Assembly (NCBI GenBank): GCA_013265495.1
Contig: MU057865.1
Coordinates: forward strand, 558,001-622,000
Direction: 5' to 3'
DNA: 64,000 bases
From: Vicugna vicugna
Taxonomy: Eukaryota
The notes under the pieces were generated by a model. It worked only from the letters and a program-made list of their open reading frames with translations, was not told where the DNA came from and did no database searches. Shown here in pieces: positions 51,401 to 64,000 of the stretch. A program made the translations under genes and the position numbers. The number at the start of each line of letters is the position of its first letter. Positions within the stretch are counted from its first letter, which is position 1.

Positions 51401-52990
51401 TTTTCAGCTCCATTCTCTGTTTCTCTGTTTTTCAGTGCTTTTGGTTATATATAAGTTCGATCTCTTGATACTGACACAGATTTCTGATAACTCTTTTCAT
51501 TTGAAAATATTTTTGTCTCTGATTTTCAGATGTTCAAATTTTTCAAATTGTTAGTGTTTTAAATTGAAGTACAGTTGGTTTATAATATTTGATTTTTAGG
51601 TTTGATAATTTCTATTGGTCTTTCTTCAGGTTTTTTAATTCTTTGCTTTGCATGCCTCCAATGCACCGTTAAACCCATCCAGTGATGCTATCATTTGATA
51701 ACTTGTATTTACCAGTTCCAGAATCACCATTTTATTTTCCATTCCCCATTTATTCCCTTGAGATGACTATCTTTTCTTCTAATTCCTTAAACATGTTTAC
51801 AATAGCTGCTTCCCTCCCCCAGCTTTATTGAGGTATAATTGACAAATAAATTTATGAGATGTTTGAAGTGTACATGTGATGATTTGATGGATGCATAGAT
51901 TGTGAAATTACCCACCACCTCATCAAGTTAATTAATACATCCATCACTTCACCTACTTACTTCTTTTGGTAAGAATATTTAAGTTCTACTCTCCTAAATT
52001 TCAATTATACAGCACAATATAATCAACTATAGTCACCATGGTACATCTTAGATCCTCAAAACTTGCTCATCTTATACCTGAAAGTTTGGTACCTTTTACC
52101 AATCTTACAGCTGCCTTTAAATTCCTCCTCTACTAATTCCACTATGTGTGTTGTCTTGGGGTCTATTTCTACTCATTTTTTTTCTTAATTATAGGTTTCA
52201 CTTTTCTGCTTCTTTGTCCGTCTGAAAATGTTTCAGTTTTCTGCTAGATGTAAGGAGTGAGAACTTGTTGGGAATCTGAGTTATGTTGTTTGACTCCAAA
52301 GAGTGTTGATGTTTTTTTCCCAGTGGGCAGTCCCTCGTGAATACTTTTGATTCTGTCAGGTTTGACTTTCTTCTTTGTTAAGGCTCATCTTTTTTTTGAC
52401 CTCACTTCTATGGTGTTGCCCTTATCTTAGATCATGTTTCTTACTCCTAAAGCATGGTCTTTCTAGGGTTTTAACTGAATGTCTGAGGTGCTCAGTGAGG
52501 TCCTTTAATTGGACCTCCAGCACCTCTCAGCTCAGTGTGATGTGTGATGTCTCCACTTAGTTCCCAGCCCCAGATCAGGTGATTTCTGCAGTGAGGTGCT
52601 TTGCAAAGTCTTGTCCTAGGCACACGACACCTTACCCAGCCAGGCCAGGGAGGAGAACTCCATTCAGAGTCTGGGGGCTTCCTCTCTTCTCAGCTACATC
52701 TTCTCTAGTAATGAGCCCAGTAAATCCTGGGGCCTTTCAAAGCTCTGAACTGTCTTCTTAGCTTAGCAAGATGGCCATCTTGCTTGAGATCTTCCTCCCC
52801 ACACTGCAGCAGAGAACATATTCACAGTTCCAGAATGCTGGCAAACGTAGGGCTCATCTCATGAGGAGTCCTCTCCTCATGAGATGATGTAGGACTCTTT
52901 CTCTGATGGGTCACCATCTGCCTTTTCTTTTATCCATCACTTGAAAACAGTGGACTTACCTATTTTGACCAGCTTTAGAATAGCTTGTGA
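48420..52990 (-). mobile_element. Nested block of antisense old L1 fragments (L1ME/L1MC-like, with later L1 3' ends at ~49180-50420 and ~51819-52105)
   Basis: Several reverse L1 tails (ttttattgcaatataattgacataaaataa; agctttattgaggtataattgacaaataaa) embedded in T-rich L1M body sequence. Confidence 0.85.
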
Positions 52991-53279
52991 TAGGCAGACA
53001 CACTTTCATTTTTAAGGTACATTTAGCTGAAGGCTAGAAAAAACACTGTAATAAATTATATTTAAGGATTTTGGGGTGGGAGATAGTTTATTCTAGAAAT
53101 TTCTTTGCATAAAATTAAGAAGATGATTGTTTAAGGGTGGCTGCTGGCATAAAAATGTTACAAATAATTAAATGATAACTACCCATGGCTATTTGGCTGT
53201 GAAATTCTAAAAGGGGGGAAGGGTGGAAAAACTAGGGGTGGGTGATTCATATAATTATGGCTTTAGTAATGAGATGGGG

Positions 53280-53470
53280 TGACAGTGCAGAAAGGAAACA
53301 ACAGGAGTCAGGAAACCTGGCTTGTAGTCCCTGTTGACCTAATAACTTGGAGTGAGGCAATTAACTTCCCTAAGTCTTGTTCACCAACACTCAGGTGGGT
53401 GGAGTCATACTTACATATATGCCATCAAGGATTGTACAAGAGTCAAATGAGGTGTGGAACGTGGATATAG
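53280..53470 (+). mobile_element. Degenerate MIR
   Basis: ggagtcaggaaacctggcttgtagtccc..gaggcaattaacttccctaagtc. Confidence 0.6.
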
Positions 53471-53731
53471 TGCAATTCTGAAGTTGTACAAAGGTAAATT
53501 CTTACCTTTATTATTAATAACCTCTGCTGAAGTTGCCACCCCTCGATTTTTCCACTGGTTTCACTTTCATATGGATATTATTGCTACTATATGGATTATT
53601 AAAGGATTAGGAATAGTTTGTCCTTCAGAGCCCTAGGAATACACAGAGTTCTTGTTATAAATGGAAGACTGTTTAGGGTTATCTGTTTGAACTTTGTTTT
53701 GGACCACTTTTGACTTTGGAGGAATTTATTT

Positions 53732-53732
<1 letters not shown>

Positions 53733-53768
<36 letters not shown>
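53733..53768 (+). repeat. (TATC)9 tetranucleotide STR
   Basis: Nine perfect units counted. Confidence 0.95.
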
Positions 53769-53770
<2 letters not shown>

Positions 53771-55645
53771 GAAATGCCTTTCAACTCTAGGTTCATGTAG
53801 AAATCAGACTATTTTTCCATGTGTGGGAACATTTTAGAAAATCAGATTTTGCCTGCATCAGACCTAGCAAACATGGGAAATAGAATGTTTACTCAATGAT
53901 CTACCTGATAATTACTGGTTTGATCATTTATTTGTCCTAGACTTCCTGTTTGAGGTATATTGAGAAGATGCTTTATCTCAAATATGTGTAGACAAGAGAC
54001 AAAAGCCAGGAGCTAGATCCCTGGTTTGTAACATTGGGTGGTGGCCAATAGAGACCCAGGGTGTAGATGATACAGGCTGGATGCCTGTCGCTTCACTTTT
54101 TCATCAAGATGTGACTTGCTGAATCCTCACATAGGGTTTATGTATTTCCTTTATCTTTTATTCTGCTAACTTTGAGGCAAGGGCAGAGAGTTGTTCCTTT
54201 GCATAAGAAAATATATATCATGAGTTGCCACTAAACCCTTAGAAAGAAAGATAAAAATGTTAATACTTATTTTAAAAAGGAGGATTGTCTCACCCACAGC
54301 ACATGACAAATGAGCTCTCTTAGCAACATGTCTTGCATACAGTTGGGGTTCAAAACATATTTCGTGACTGAGATAGGTTAAGCTCATGTTGTCTATAAAA
54401 CAAGTTTAGAATCATATTTTTTCATTATCTTGACAGAAAAATATTTGGCAGAAATTAAGTAACTAATGCCTAAATAACATAATACATGATAGGAACATTG
54501 TCACATTCACACAAAAGGTAAACATTTATTTCCTTGTGTATGGCAGTAAGGTTAAGACTAGGCGGGCCGCGGTGAGATCTGGATGTGAGGGCAGGTCACG
54601 CCTGATCGCCCACTCGCAGTCCTTACTGTAGCCATCTCTTTCCACAAGTTGGTATCCTCGAGGGCTTGTGTTTGGGGGTTGAGGAGGAGGCTAGAATGGG
54701 AAGCACTGTCTTCTCCATTTCCAGGCAAAAGATGCTTGAGACCTGGGGTCTCAAATCCCAAGATGCTTTGCCGCCTGGGTGCAGAGGTGAGGGAAGGCTA
54801 GTTGACTCAGGAAGGAACGTTCTTTTCCATGTTTTCAAGGGACAAAAGACACGGCCAAGTTAGGGGGACCTGGGGAGGGGTGAGGTGGCAGGGCAAGGAG
54901 GCAGCGCTCTATCAGAAGACCTCACCCTCAGGTGTGGAGGTGGAGAGACGCTGCGGTGAATGTCCTCTTCAGGGGACTCCTTCCAAGAGCTGAGAGAGAC
55001 AAGACGCTGTGCATTTAGTCTTGCACAATCATAAGCTGAGACTCACCCTGGGGCTTCCTAGAAATAACTGAGATGATCGAAGACCTTGGGGTGTGGGCCA
55101 GAGAACTAAAGAATGGGAATCCATAGTTCTTTAGGTGTGGCTGCAGGCCAGAAAATTTTTATTATTAATATTAATGTGACCTCGTTTTACCTGCAGTCTG
55201 CTGAGACGGGGAAATCCAGGTTACATATAGCATATTTATTTCCAAAGCACTTGTTTTCTCATTAAATTCTTAGGTGAGCCTTGTAAATTGGGCCATCCCT
55301 TGGGTGTATGGATCCGAGGCTAGATCTCACTATGTTAGTCCTGTGTCCTCTTCACTCTCAAGAGGAACCAGGTGATAGTGGATATCAAGAGAACCCTTGA
55401 GAATGAAAGTCATGACAGGCATATTCTGGGAGAGGTGAGCGCTCACTCTTCCCCTCACCTTGCTTGGATGGTGCCCATGAGGGAGGAGGAGGGTCAAAGT
55501 GTGTGGGCAGCAGAGGCTTAGCTGGAGGGGCAGCTGTGTGCACGCCTGGGTTCAGGCACGTGGGGTGTGATGGAAAAACCCTGGAGGTGTCCTCCAGGGA
55601 GTTTGTTTTTATGAGGGTTGTTTCCACCCCTAGAATCTTCTTCCA

Positions 55646-56235
55646 TGATACAAGCTGAATTGTATCTCTCCCATATTCACATGTGGAGGTCCCAACCCCA
55701 GCATCTCATTCTATAACAATATTTGGATGTTAGGTCTTTAAAGAGGCAATTGGGGGGAAGATATAGCTCCGGTGGTAACGTGCATGCTTAGGATGCATAA
55801 GGCCCAGTGCCACCTCTAAAAGTAAGTAAATATATAAACCTAATTACCCCCAACCACCAAAAATTTTTTAAAAAGAAAAAAAATTTTAAAAAGAGAAATA
55901 TTTTTGAAAAGAGAAAAAATTTTTAACAAAAGGGAAAAAGAGAGACAATTAAGTTAAGATGAGGCCATTAGGGTGGGGCCCTGATCCAATGTGCCTGGTG
56001 TCCTTTTAAGAAGAGGAAGAGACACCAGGTGTTTAGGTGCAGCAGAGAGATGGCCAGGTGATGAGGTAAGAAGAGATTGTCACATGCAAGAGAGAAAGTG
56101 AGGCTTCAGAGGAAACTGTCCCTACTACCTTGATCTTGGACTTGCAGGCTCTGGGACTGGGAAAGAATGAATTTCCGTTCTTTAAGCCACCCGATCCATG
56201 GTGTTTTGTTATGGTAGCCCAAGCAAACCAATGCA
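55646..56235 (+). mobile_element. MLT1A-like MaLR solo LTR with perfect 5-bp TSD, interrupted by a SINE
   Basis: TG..CA ends; TSD ttcca at 55641-55645 and 56236-56240; body aagttaagatgaggccattagggtggggccctgatccaat..tttgttatggtagcccaagcaaac. Confidence 0.9.
55752..55938 (+). mobile_element. Vic-1-type SINE nested in the MLT1A LTR
   Basis: ggggggaagatatagctccggtggtaacgtgcatgcttag..aaacctaattacc; imperfect TSD aagaggcaatt / agagacaatt. Confidence 0.8.
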
Positions 56236-59200
56236 TTCCATAATAAAAGAGATGTTCTCTGCTGTTTCCCAGCACCTACAAAGGTTCCTGGCACACAGGA
56301 AGCACTCAGAAGCCCTCTGCTGAGTGAATGAATGAAAGACTGGATGAGACGCCTGCTAGGAAATCTTTCATACTGAGGACATATTAGTTCCAGGATGAAG
56401 GGCGTATCTTGAGTGCCCATGTCTCTTACTTTCTTCTCGCCCAAAACCAAAATTTATACTCCCCAATTCAAAACCTTCCATGGCCAGAATTTCCACTTAC
56501 ACAGTGTTAATTTCCAACGTTCCTCTCGCTAAGCCCTTCTCATCAGTGGTTTGCCTACAGATTATTCCCAGCACAGAGTGACGGCCACATCATTGCCAGG
56601 TCACTCTCAATCTCCCGCACACCTGCCCATGCCCCTCCCAGCTCCTGCTCCACCAGCTGCCTGGCATCTTGGTGTCTCCTCTGACTACCCCATTGCCACT
56701 CTGGAATCCTGTGGCACTTAGACCACTTACGTTATTCACCGGAGGCTGTTTCTCATGACATCACTCTGCCTCTTGATATGCACAAGACCTCGCATAATCA
56801 GCATGCAGATTCAGAAGTAATCATGATGATGTTAGATTCTGAAGCAATCATGGTGCTGGTGGTGTGACAACCAAGAGGGTCTCCTGACACTGTTCTGAGC
56901 CAGAGAACAAAATAGTCCTGACCACGCCATTCCACCATGTCAGCTGCAATAGGAGGTTGAGCTGAATTTTTCAGTAGTAGCAACCGTGGCCATATTGTAC
57001 AGCAGATGTCATTATCTGCGTCTGTATCAGCCCCGCATGCTGATACGGCATCGCTAACCATCTCCAGGCATCCTAAAGGAGTCAGACAATGATTTTTCCA
57101 TTGAGAAGGCTCCCAAAAGTACTAAACTGGGAGCTCAGGGGGAAATGGACCTCTGCCTGGCACTAAACCAACAGTGAATATACAAAACAGGACTTGTAGG
57201 CTATTAGGATGATAATTGCTTATAGAATTGTTGGAGCCTGACATATTTTCAGACGAGCGTACCTGAGAAATTCAGCTCCAGTACACCCAAGGAGTGACTG
57301 AAATAAATTAGGAGATGGGAAAGATTCAGCACTGCATCACGCTTAGACGAGTCAGGGGAAGTGAATCAGATAAATACATTAACACACACACACGGTGACG
57401 GATGAGGCAGATGACATTTTATGCTCCTTTAAACTGACTGATGAAGATCAGACAAATTAGAAATAGCTGTGGACAAGTTCAAGAACGTCTTTCTAGTGTG
57501 TACTGAAAAGGAATCTTAAGAAGCCAAGATGTGAAGTAGCTCCAGAAAATGGAAAATGGGGTGATGGAAAGAATCTTCCAAGAGTCACATCCCTGCGCCC
57601 AACTGTTAAAAACTTTTAAGAAGATAGTTTTAGATGTAATGTCTTGAAATAGGATATTATATTTTGAAGGCTGTCAGGGCAAGAAAAAAAGTAAAATTAA
57701 AAACTAAGACATTTCTGTATAACATGAACATTGTAGATACTAAGTCTATAAACTTTTCCTATTCTCAGTCTAATCATAGGATACGCAGTTATTAATTTAA
57801 GCCATAATTCAGATCATGAACACCATCTCATAGATATTAAGTTGGCTCTGCTCTCAGTCTATGTTTTCAGTGTGGCTAATGATTATTAGATGTCAATATA
57901 TTCATAAAAATAAAAGACTATATTATTTATTTAGATTTTGATTGTATTTAGATCATAAAGGGCTTCTGATTCTAGATTCCTGGCTTTCTTTTTCCTCCAC
58001 GCAGGCATGGCTGAGTGTATGTCCTCATGATGTCTGCTTTATCTCATCCTGGAAGTCTGGGAAGCTGAGAAGTGGAATGTGAGCCAACAAGGGAAAAAGT
58101 GAATTGAAATTTGTGGCCGATGGCAGTATACATTTTGAAGGTGCATTTATTTTGAGACGCTAATGGCAAAGTAAGTTAACCTCCAAATGGAGAAGAAACA
58201 ACTGCTAAGGTCAGAGGTTGTTGGCATTTCCATCTCCCTGATGGTTATGCTGTGATAGGGAAACCCTTCACGTTGCTTGGTCATGATGAGCTTCACCCTT
58301 ATGGATGGTCGGACGAAGCAGAGTCATTAGCTAATGAACATGCACCCGGTCCATGCCTAAACGTCACATACAGGTGGGAAAGCAGATCTGAAGGTCAAAG
58401 ATAGACAAAAGAGGAGTCACGAATCACCACAAGTGTAGTGCTGTGTTGATGTGAAAGTACGCGGAGACAATACGTGGAATCAACAGAAGCAACCATGTTT
58501 CTGCTTTCCAGATTTCCCATCACCATTTTCCAACACAAGCCCTCTGTTCAGTTAGATTCATTGAAACCCTAAGCTCATCTCCCCCAGTTACACCGTTGCT
58601 CAAAAAAACTACCAGGGGATGCTTTGGGACGTGTGACGATGTCATCCTTCCATTTGCAGTGTTCAGTTTCCTTTGTATCTCTCCCAGCTGCATTCATCGT
58701 TCATACATCACCCACTTGGCTCTTCACGCATGCCACTTTATAATGCGATCATTAATGGGGATTCCACCTTGGCTCGACTGTGAGATTTTTGAGGGTATAC
58801 CCCAGGCATTTTGGATCTGAGTTCTGTCATTTTTGTGCAAAAAGAAATTTATTAGATGGATTAAATAATTGTTCAATGATTGTCCATCTAGATTTTTTTT
58901 CTTCTACTTTTAAGCAACTCTTTCTACAAACTGTGACCTGAGAAAATCTATTTAGAGTTTGATGTTCAGGAAGACTTTTGCTAAGGGGGTTTATGTCTTG
59001 ATTTATACATGCATATGATATAGAAAATTCAACTTCATACAAAAAAAAGTTTTGGTGTTTCTTAATGAAAATTTCATGGCGTTATGTTTTCATTTTGTTT
59101 GGTAAGGAACCATAAATCAGAAAATGCCCTGTGCGTTGCCCCTGCTTATCTGGAACAAACTCAGATTGTACCAGATTGAAGGGAGGGCTCAGCGTGGCAG

Positions 59201-61465
59201 AGACATAAGATGTCGCATGTTTAGTATGGAAGGTACTTGGAGTTGTTACGAGTGTTGGGGGAATAGCGGATGACATGCAGTTTGGTGTCCCTGCTACACA
59301 AAGGTAGTGTCAGGGAAACTTGAGCCATGAGACCGGGGTGGTGGGAGTCAGATCCTGGGGGCCAGGGGGCCCCACTGGGCAGCAAATCCACAGTAGCATG
59401 CAGTGAAGGGGGTCAGGGCCAGATTTGTATTTTATTAAGACTACCACCCTCTGTAGGGGAGTTTTGAGTCTTGTTTTCTCAGTGAGGTGTGTGGCCATGA
59501 CACCACAGTCAGTTATGGATCCGTTTAGGGACAAACTCCACCCACCTAGGCTGTTAGGACTTGTTAGTGCCACACGTCCCGGAGAGAATGACTGCTACAC
59601 GGTGAAAGGTGGCACATTCTCAAATCATACAAGGAGACTGAACAATGACTGTCGATCATCTTGATGTTTTCTCCATCACAGCTGGGAGAAAAGAAATAGG
59701 TCTGTCCAGGTGGGAGAACTGGTAAAACTATAAAAGAAACTAGTATCTCGAATGCATTTGAGGCTCTGTTTTGAAGATGGAGAGAGAATGGGTGATGCGA
59801 CAAGGAGAAGAACAGAAACTCCCCCCTTTTTTGCGTTCATTATCAAATAAATAGATTAAATAAATAGATAGATCAATCAACAATCAGCCCTCATTGCTTT
59901 TCTAATTAGAAGTTAATTTTGATTTCCCTAAATCCCTATCCGTGTTCTCTAGGCAGGAGGGGTGTGGAAGAAATTTAAAATATTGACCAGCAAAGGAAGA
60001 TGTGGCAGCTGGCTTGGAAATAAACCAATTAAATCTTCATAATTGCATAGCCGGTGGCACCTGTCCTAAACCACCTCCATCCTCTGGATGTCAAAGAGGG
60101 AGATTGAAAGAAATAGTTGTCCAATTTACTACAGGAGTTTCCTTTCATTGGCTGTCCAGAAAATGTACGGTGTCACTATGTGATGCTAATGATTATAAAG
60201 TGTTTGGGAAAACAGAAAAGTACCAGAGAGGTTTGGGACGCAGTAAACCCGATTCAGACCCATGAGTTGGAATCTGGGAGAATCTACCGAGTGTAGCTGT
60301 GACTTTGCTCAAATATCACATTGACAGTTTGGAGATTCAGCAACTGGGGAGGTGATTAGATGCTCCCTTTATTGCAACATTCTCTTTTAGGTGTGCAGTA
60401 GATGACCAGCTGTACAAAATGGAGACGATTGGTCATATTGCTGAAATACAGTCCTGGGAACAGGAGCTGTCGCTTACCTACTGACCATCAGGATTGGTAA
60501 TTGCTTCCAGAGGGGCCTCTTCTTCTCCAGTGAGATGGAAGGTGGCGACGCCATTACACATCGACCGCTTGTGTTCAAAGGTCTGGGAAATCACGCTATC
60601 CAGACCAGTGTCCAGTGCTTTGATGATGGATGAACCCTTGTATCGGGAAGTGACTTGGTGGCTAGGATACAAGGTGGAAATCAGAGCTATCCCAAACCCA
60701 GATTCCTGCATGATAATAACCAAAGGGGCCACTTCGGCATCATAGCCTGCTTGCCAGATACTGCACAGTATTATGTTTATTTCTCAGCATGGACACAACC
60801 AAACGCTGATTGACAGGTCTCATGTTATGGGAGGAGGGGCGATGGCGGAACAGTCTAAGACAGGGATCAGGTTTCAAACATCAAATTCCCTAAATTGCCT
60901 AGCTGGTGTAAATAGAGCAAGGGTCAAACTATTTGTGATACATTCATTCATTCATTCATTCATCCGTGCACCTACTCCTTCATTTCGGCTGGTGGCTTTG
61001 TTTCCCTGGCATTCACATGGCTGAATTTAAAAAGCCATAATTACAAGTCAAAAACATCATAGGAATAAGAGAATGGACAGCCAACTTCTATTCTTCTTGT
61101 CAGCCTGTTTTGTGTTATTTATGTCTATTCTGATTTTGAGATTATTTCTATTTAACATGTAAAGATTTACTGCTAAGTAGGAATGCCTCTTTAACTGGTG
61201 ACATGCCACACAACTTCCCTGTCTTACTTATTTCTCTCACCATTTTTTTGGAGAGTGGTGGGAGTTAAAGAGGAAAAAGCTCTAAGACAAAAATAAGTTT
61301 TGAGCCTTTTAAGTGTCATAATGCCAAAGACTTAGAATGGTGTATTTCAGCTGACATTTAAATTTTTTTTCCCCTGAAAGATTTTTAAGAATCTGTTGGT
61401 TACTTCATTACAGGTAGTGACAGTGCACACTTGTCCCAATATTGGCCAAAATATATGTAGATAGA

Positions 61466-61604
61466 GGCAGAGGGTATAGCTCAAGTGGTAGAGCACATGC
61501 TTAGCACGCACGAGGTCCTGGGTTCAATCCCCAGTACCTCCTCCAAATACAAATAGATGAATAAAACTAATTACCTCCTCCTCATAAAAGCAAAAAAAGA
61601 AAAC
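61466..61604 (+). mobile_element. Vic-1-type camelid SINE with 18-bp TSD
   Basis: gagggtatagctcaagtggtagagcacatgcttagcacgcacgaggtcctgggttcaatccccagtacctcc (A and B boxes); TSD aaaatatatgtagataga (61448-61465) / aaaatatatttatataga (61605-61622). Confidence 0.92.
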
Positions 61605-62779
61605 AAAATATATTTATATAGATTCTCCAGGAGGGTGCATACCCTTCTTAATACCTTCTTGCTTCTGAGAACATTGAAGATGAGATGTGCACATCCTGCT
61701 CCCAGCTGGCTCTCTGGGATGGGTGCAGCCCACTGAGGTCTGATTGGAGATGCTGTTCACTCTTTCTTTCCCTCTCCTATTTATTTCTCTCTTTCCCTCT
61801 CTCTCCCTCTCCTATGTTTGGTGTAAGATGGCTATATACATTTTTGTAGAAATGGTGAGTGCAAGAAATAAACGTTTACTTCTCTGTAGAAATGGGTGTG
61901 TGGACACTTTTCTGTCCTCTCTGTATGATTTCATGAAGCTGTCCGAGGGAGCCTTTCACAGCTCCTCCTGTTTGAACTCCATGCTGCATCTACCTTACAT
62001 TGATAAGTGATGACAAGTATTATATATATAAAAAAAACTCCCAAATATTTCAACAGAAAAATGCAACCGTTATTTTCCTTGGTTTCACTGCTGATTTCAG
62101 GAGCCTCGCCTGTCGACTTTTCATTTCAGGTTTGTTTTTGTTAACTCTTAACATCGTTGTTTCATTTCTGTCTTAGTCTATTTGGCCATCCGCTTTCTGC
62201 CTGAGTTCAACCTGTTTGTCAAATGTGATAATGGGCAGAAAGACGCAGCACACAGAGTTAGCCTTCACGTCTTTCAGCATCTGCCCCTGGATGTGACTTT
62301 CCTAATATGAATGCAACTGTACATTTGACTCACAAATTCCAAAGTCCTTCAGAGGGGGCAATTGCATCTTCATCATGAGCACGTCGTCTCTTTCTGTGGT
62401 TCCAGTAATCTTCACTTTACGGGCTCAGGCTCATTCTCAAGATGCAGCGCTGAGAAAAGCTTGGCCACCTGATTTCTGAGAGGAGACACTCGTCTGCCAT
62501 TTTTGACCATTGCTGCTAACCTCCAGCTGCCCCGGGATGAGCCTGGGCCTTGTCTTGGTTGCTTCTGAGGGATGGAGCTTGGTCACTTCGCATCTCTCAG
62601 ACCATCCCCTTTTGCATTGCTGTTTCTAGCATCTCTCTCCCTGGCATTGTCACCCGTCACCTTCATCCTCTCTTCTCCAATTTTCACAAGTCAAACTTTC
62701 TTTAAGGCGTGGGGGTCGCCCAGGGTGGGAGGACATGCGTGCGGTACCCGAGGCTCCAGGCCCTTCCTGTGTCTGGCAG

Positions 62780-62920
62780 ACACCCTCTTTGGCCTTGTGC
62801 AGGTCATTCCCGCTCTCTCCACTTCTGCTTTCCCATCTGTTAAAATGTGGATAATAATATTTGCCTCGCTGGGGTGTATTTATGCTTAATTACTGTAATT
62901 GCTTGTAAACAATTTGCTAT
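62780..62920 (+). mobile_element. Degenerate MIR
   Basis: ggccttgtgcaggtcattcccgctctctccacttctgctttcccatctgttaaaatgtggataataata. Confidence 0.6.
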
Positions 62921-63390
62921 CCTGGGATAAAACATACGACTGAAAAGCAAAAATTAGAGGAGACAATTTAATATCTCTTTATTTATCTTTAAAATTTATT
63001 ACACGATTGCCTTTTCCCAGGCAGCTTATTTCAACCCTGTGCACAGCAACCTCTCAAGGCAGAGGATAATGTGATAACGTGAAAAAACACCTGGTCCTGG
63101 AAGTCAGGTTTTTTTTTTTTCTCTACTTTCAGTCCTAAATCGCTGTGTGATTTTTAAGCCTCTCTGGGCTTAGGACAGTTATTTCAAAAGGGATAGTAAC
63201 TAACCTGCCCAATTTATCTTACAGAAGGTGTTATCAGGCAACAAGTGACGTGAAGAATGATTTAGGAAATTAAAAGGCCTGTAGAAAGTGCTTTTACTCC
63301 ACCACTTAATAAGTCGCAAGACAAAGGCAGTTACGGAAAAACTGGGTGTTGGGCATACGTGGGGTGTTTCATACAAAAGTATTATATACA

Positions 63391-63736
63391 CAGTTGGCCC
63401 TCCATATCGTGGGCTCCACATTCACAGGTTCCACATTCACACATTCAACCAATTTCAGGTCGAAAATAATTTGAAAAAAAAGTTCCAGAAAGTTCCATAA
63501 CACTTGAACTTGCCCTGCACAGGCAACTATTCCCACGGCATTTACACTGTTCTCACAACTACTCGCATAGAATTTCCATTGTATTAGGTATTATAAGTAA
63601 TTTAGAGATGATTGAAAGTATATGGGAGGATGTGCTTAGGTTATATGCAAATACAACACCATTTTATTTAAGGAACTTGAGCATCGCTGGGTTTCAATAT
63701 CCGCAGAGGAGTCCTGTGAACAGAGAATGACGACTG
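63391..63736. mobile_element. MER2-type (TcMar-Tigger) non-autonomous DNA transposon
   Basis: Terminal inverted repeats cagttggccctc.. / ..gacgactg; internal ttgtattaggtattataagtaatttagagatgattgaaagtatatgggaggatgtgcttaggttatatgcaaata. Confidence 0.9.
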
Positions 63737-64000
63737 TGTGTATAAATATTTCCCTAAAAGTTAGCGCAGTGTCCAACACGTGGTAAGTCCTCAACAAAAA
63801 TTAGCCGTTATTACTTCTCGGTCACCCAGAAGGCGTCACATATGCATTGGATCCAGTGGTGCCATTAGCTGTGGATATGATTCCCTTGACTTTACCTCTC
63901 CCACTTGGATAGGACAAATTCTACTCAGAAAAAACAAGACACAGGATGTTAAAAGATGCCTGAAAGCCGTCAGACCTCTGATACCCCCCATTCACCTTGA

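Noticed and set aside
60478..60745. Overlapping 83-84 aa ORFs with a minus-strand donor (tag|gtaagc) at ~60477
   Set aside because: No recognisable homology; the minus-strand frame stops at the donor; no partner exons identified.
61466..61545. tRNA gene
   Set aside because: tRNA-like head is followed by a SINE body, A-rich tail and TSDs; it is a SINE, as are 18325 and 55752.
1..64000. Prokaryotic-style novel system (CRISPR array, operon, defence island)
   Set aside because: The sequence is repeat-laden mammalian DNA with no gene-dense segment, repeat-spacer array or foreign-composition insert.

Overview
Mammalian non-coding DNA (intergenic or deep intronic), almost certainly camelid (alpaca/llama/camel). 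The attribution rests on three tRNA-derived Vic-1-type SINEs and short camelid-type L1 3' ends; I recognised no ruminant Bov-tA/BovB or primate Alu elements. No protein-coding exon could be supported: the ORF track is chance ORFs, repeat fragments and N-spanning artefacts. Much of the window is decayed transposable elements: L1, L2, a CR1/L3 fossil, MIR, MER5/MER3/MER2 DNA transposons, and MaLR/ERV solo LTRs, several with clear target-site duplications (TSDs). These are interspersed with repeat-free, motif-rich blocks that look like enhancers. The most striking structure is a ~2.15 kb near-identical duplication (40152-42299 vs 42646-44809) either side of a 346-N gap, most likely two alleles assembled in tandem. 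I found no evidence of a novel biological system. Repeat subfamily names come from recall of consensus sequences, not a database search, and old-repeat boundaries are approximate.
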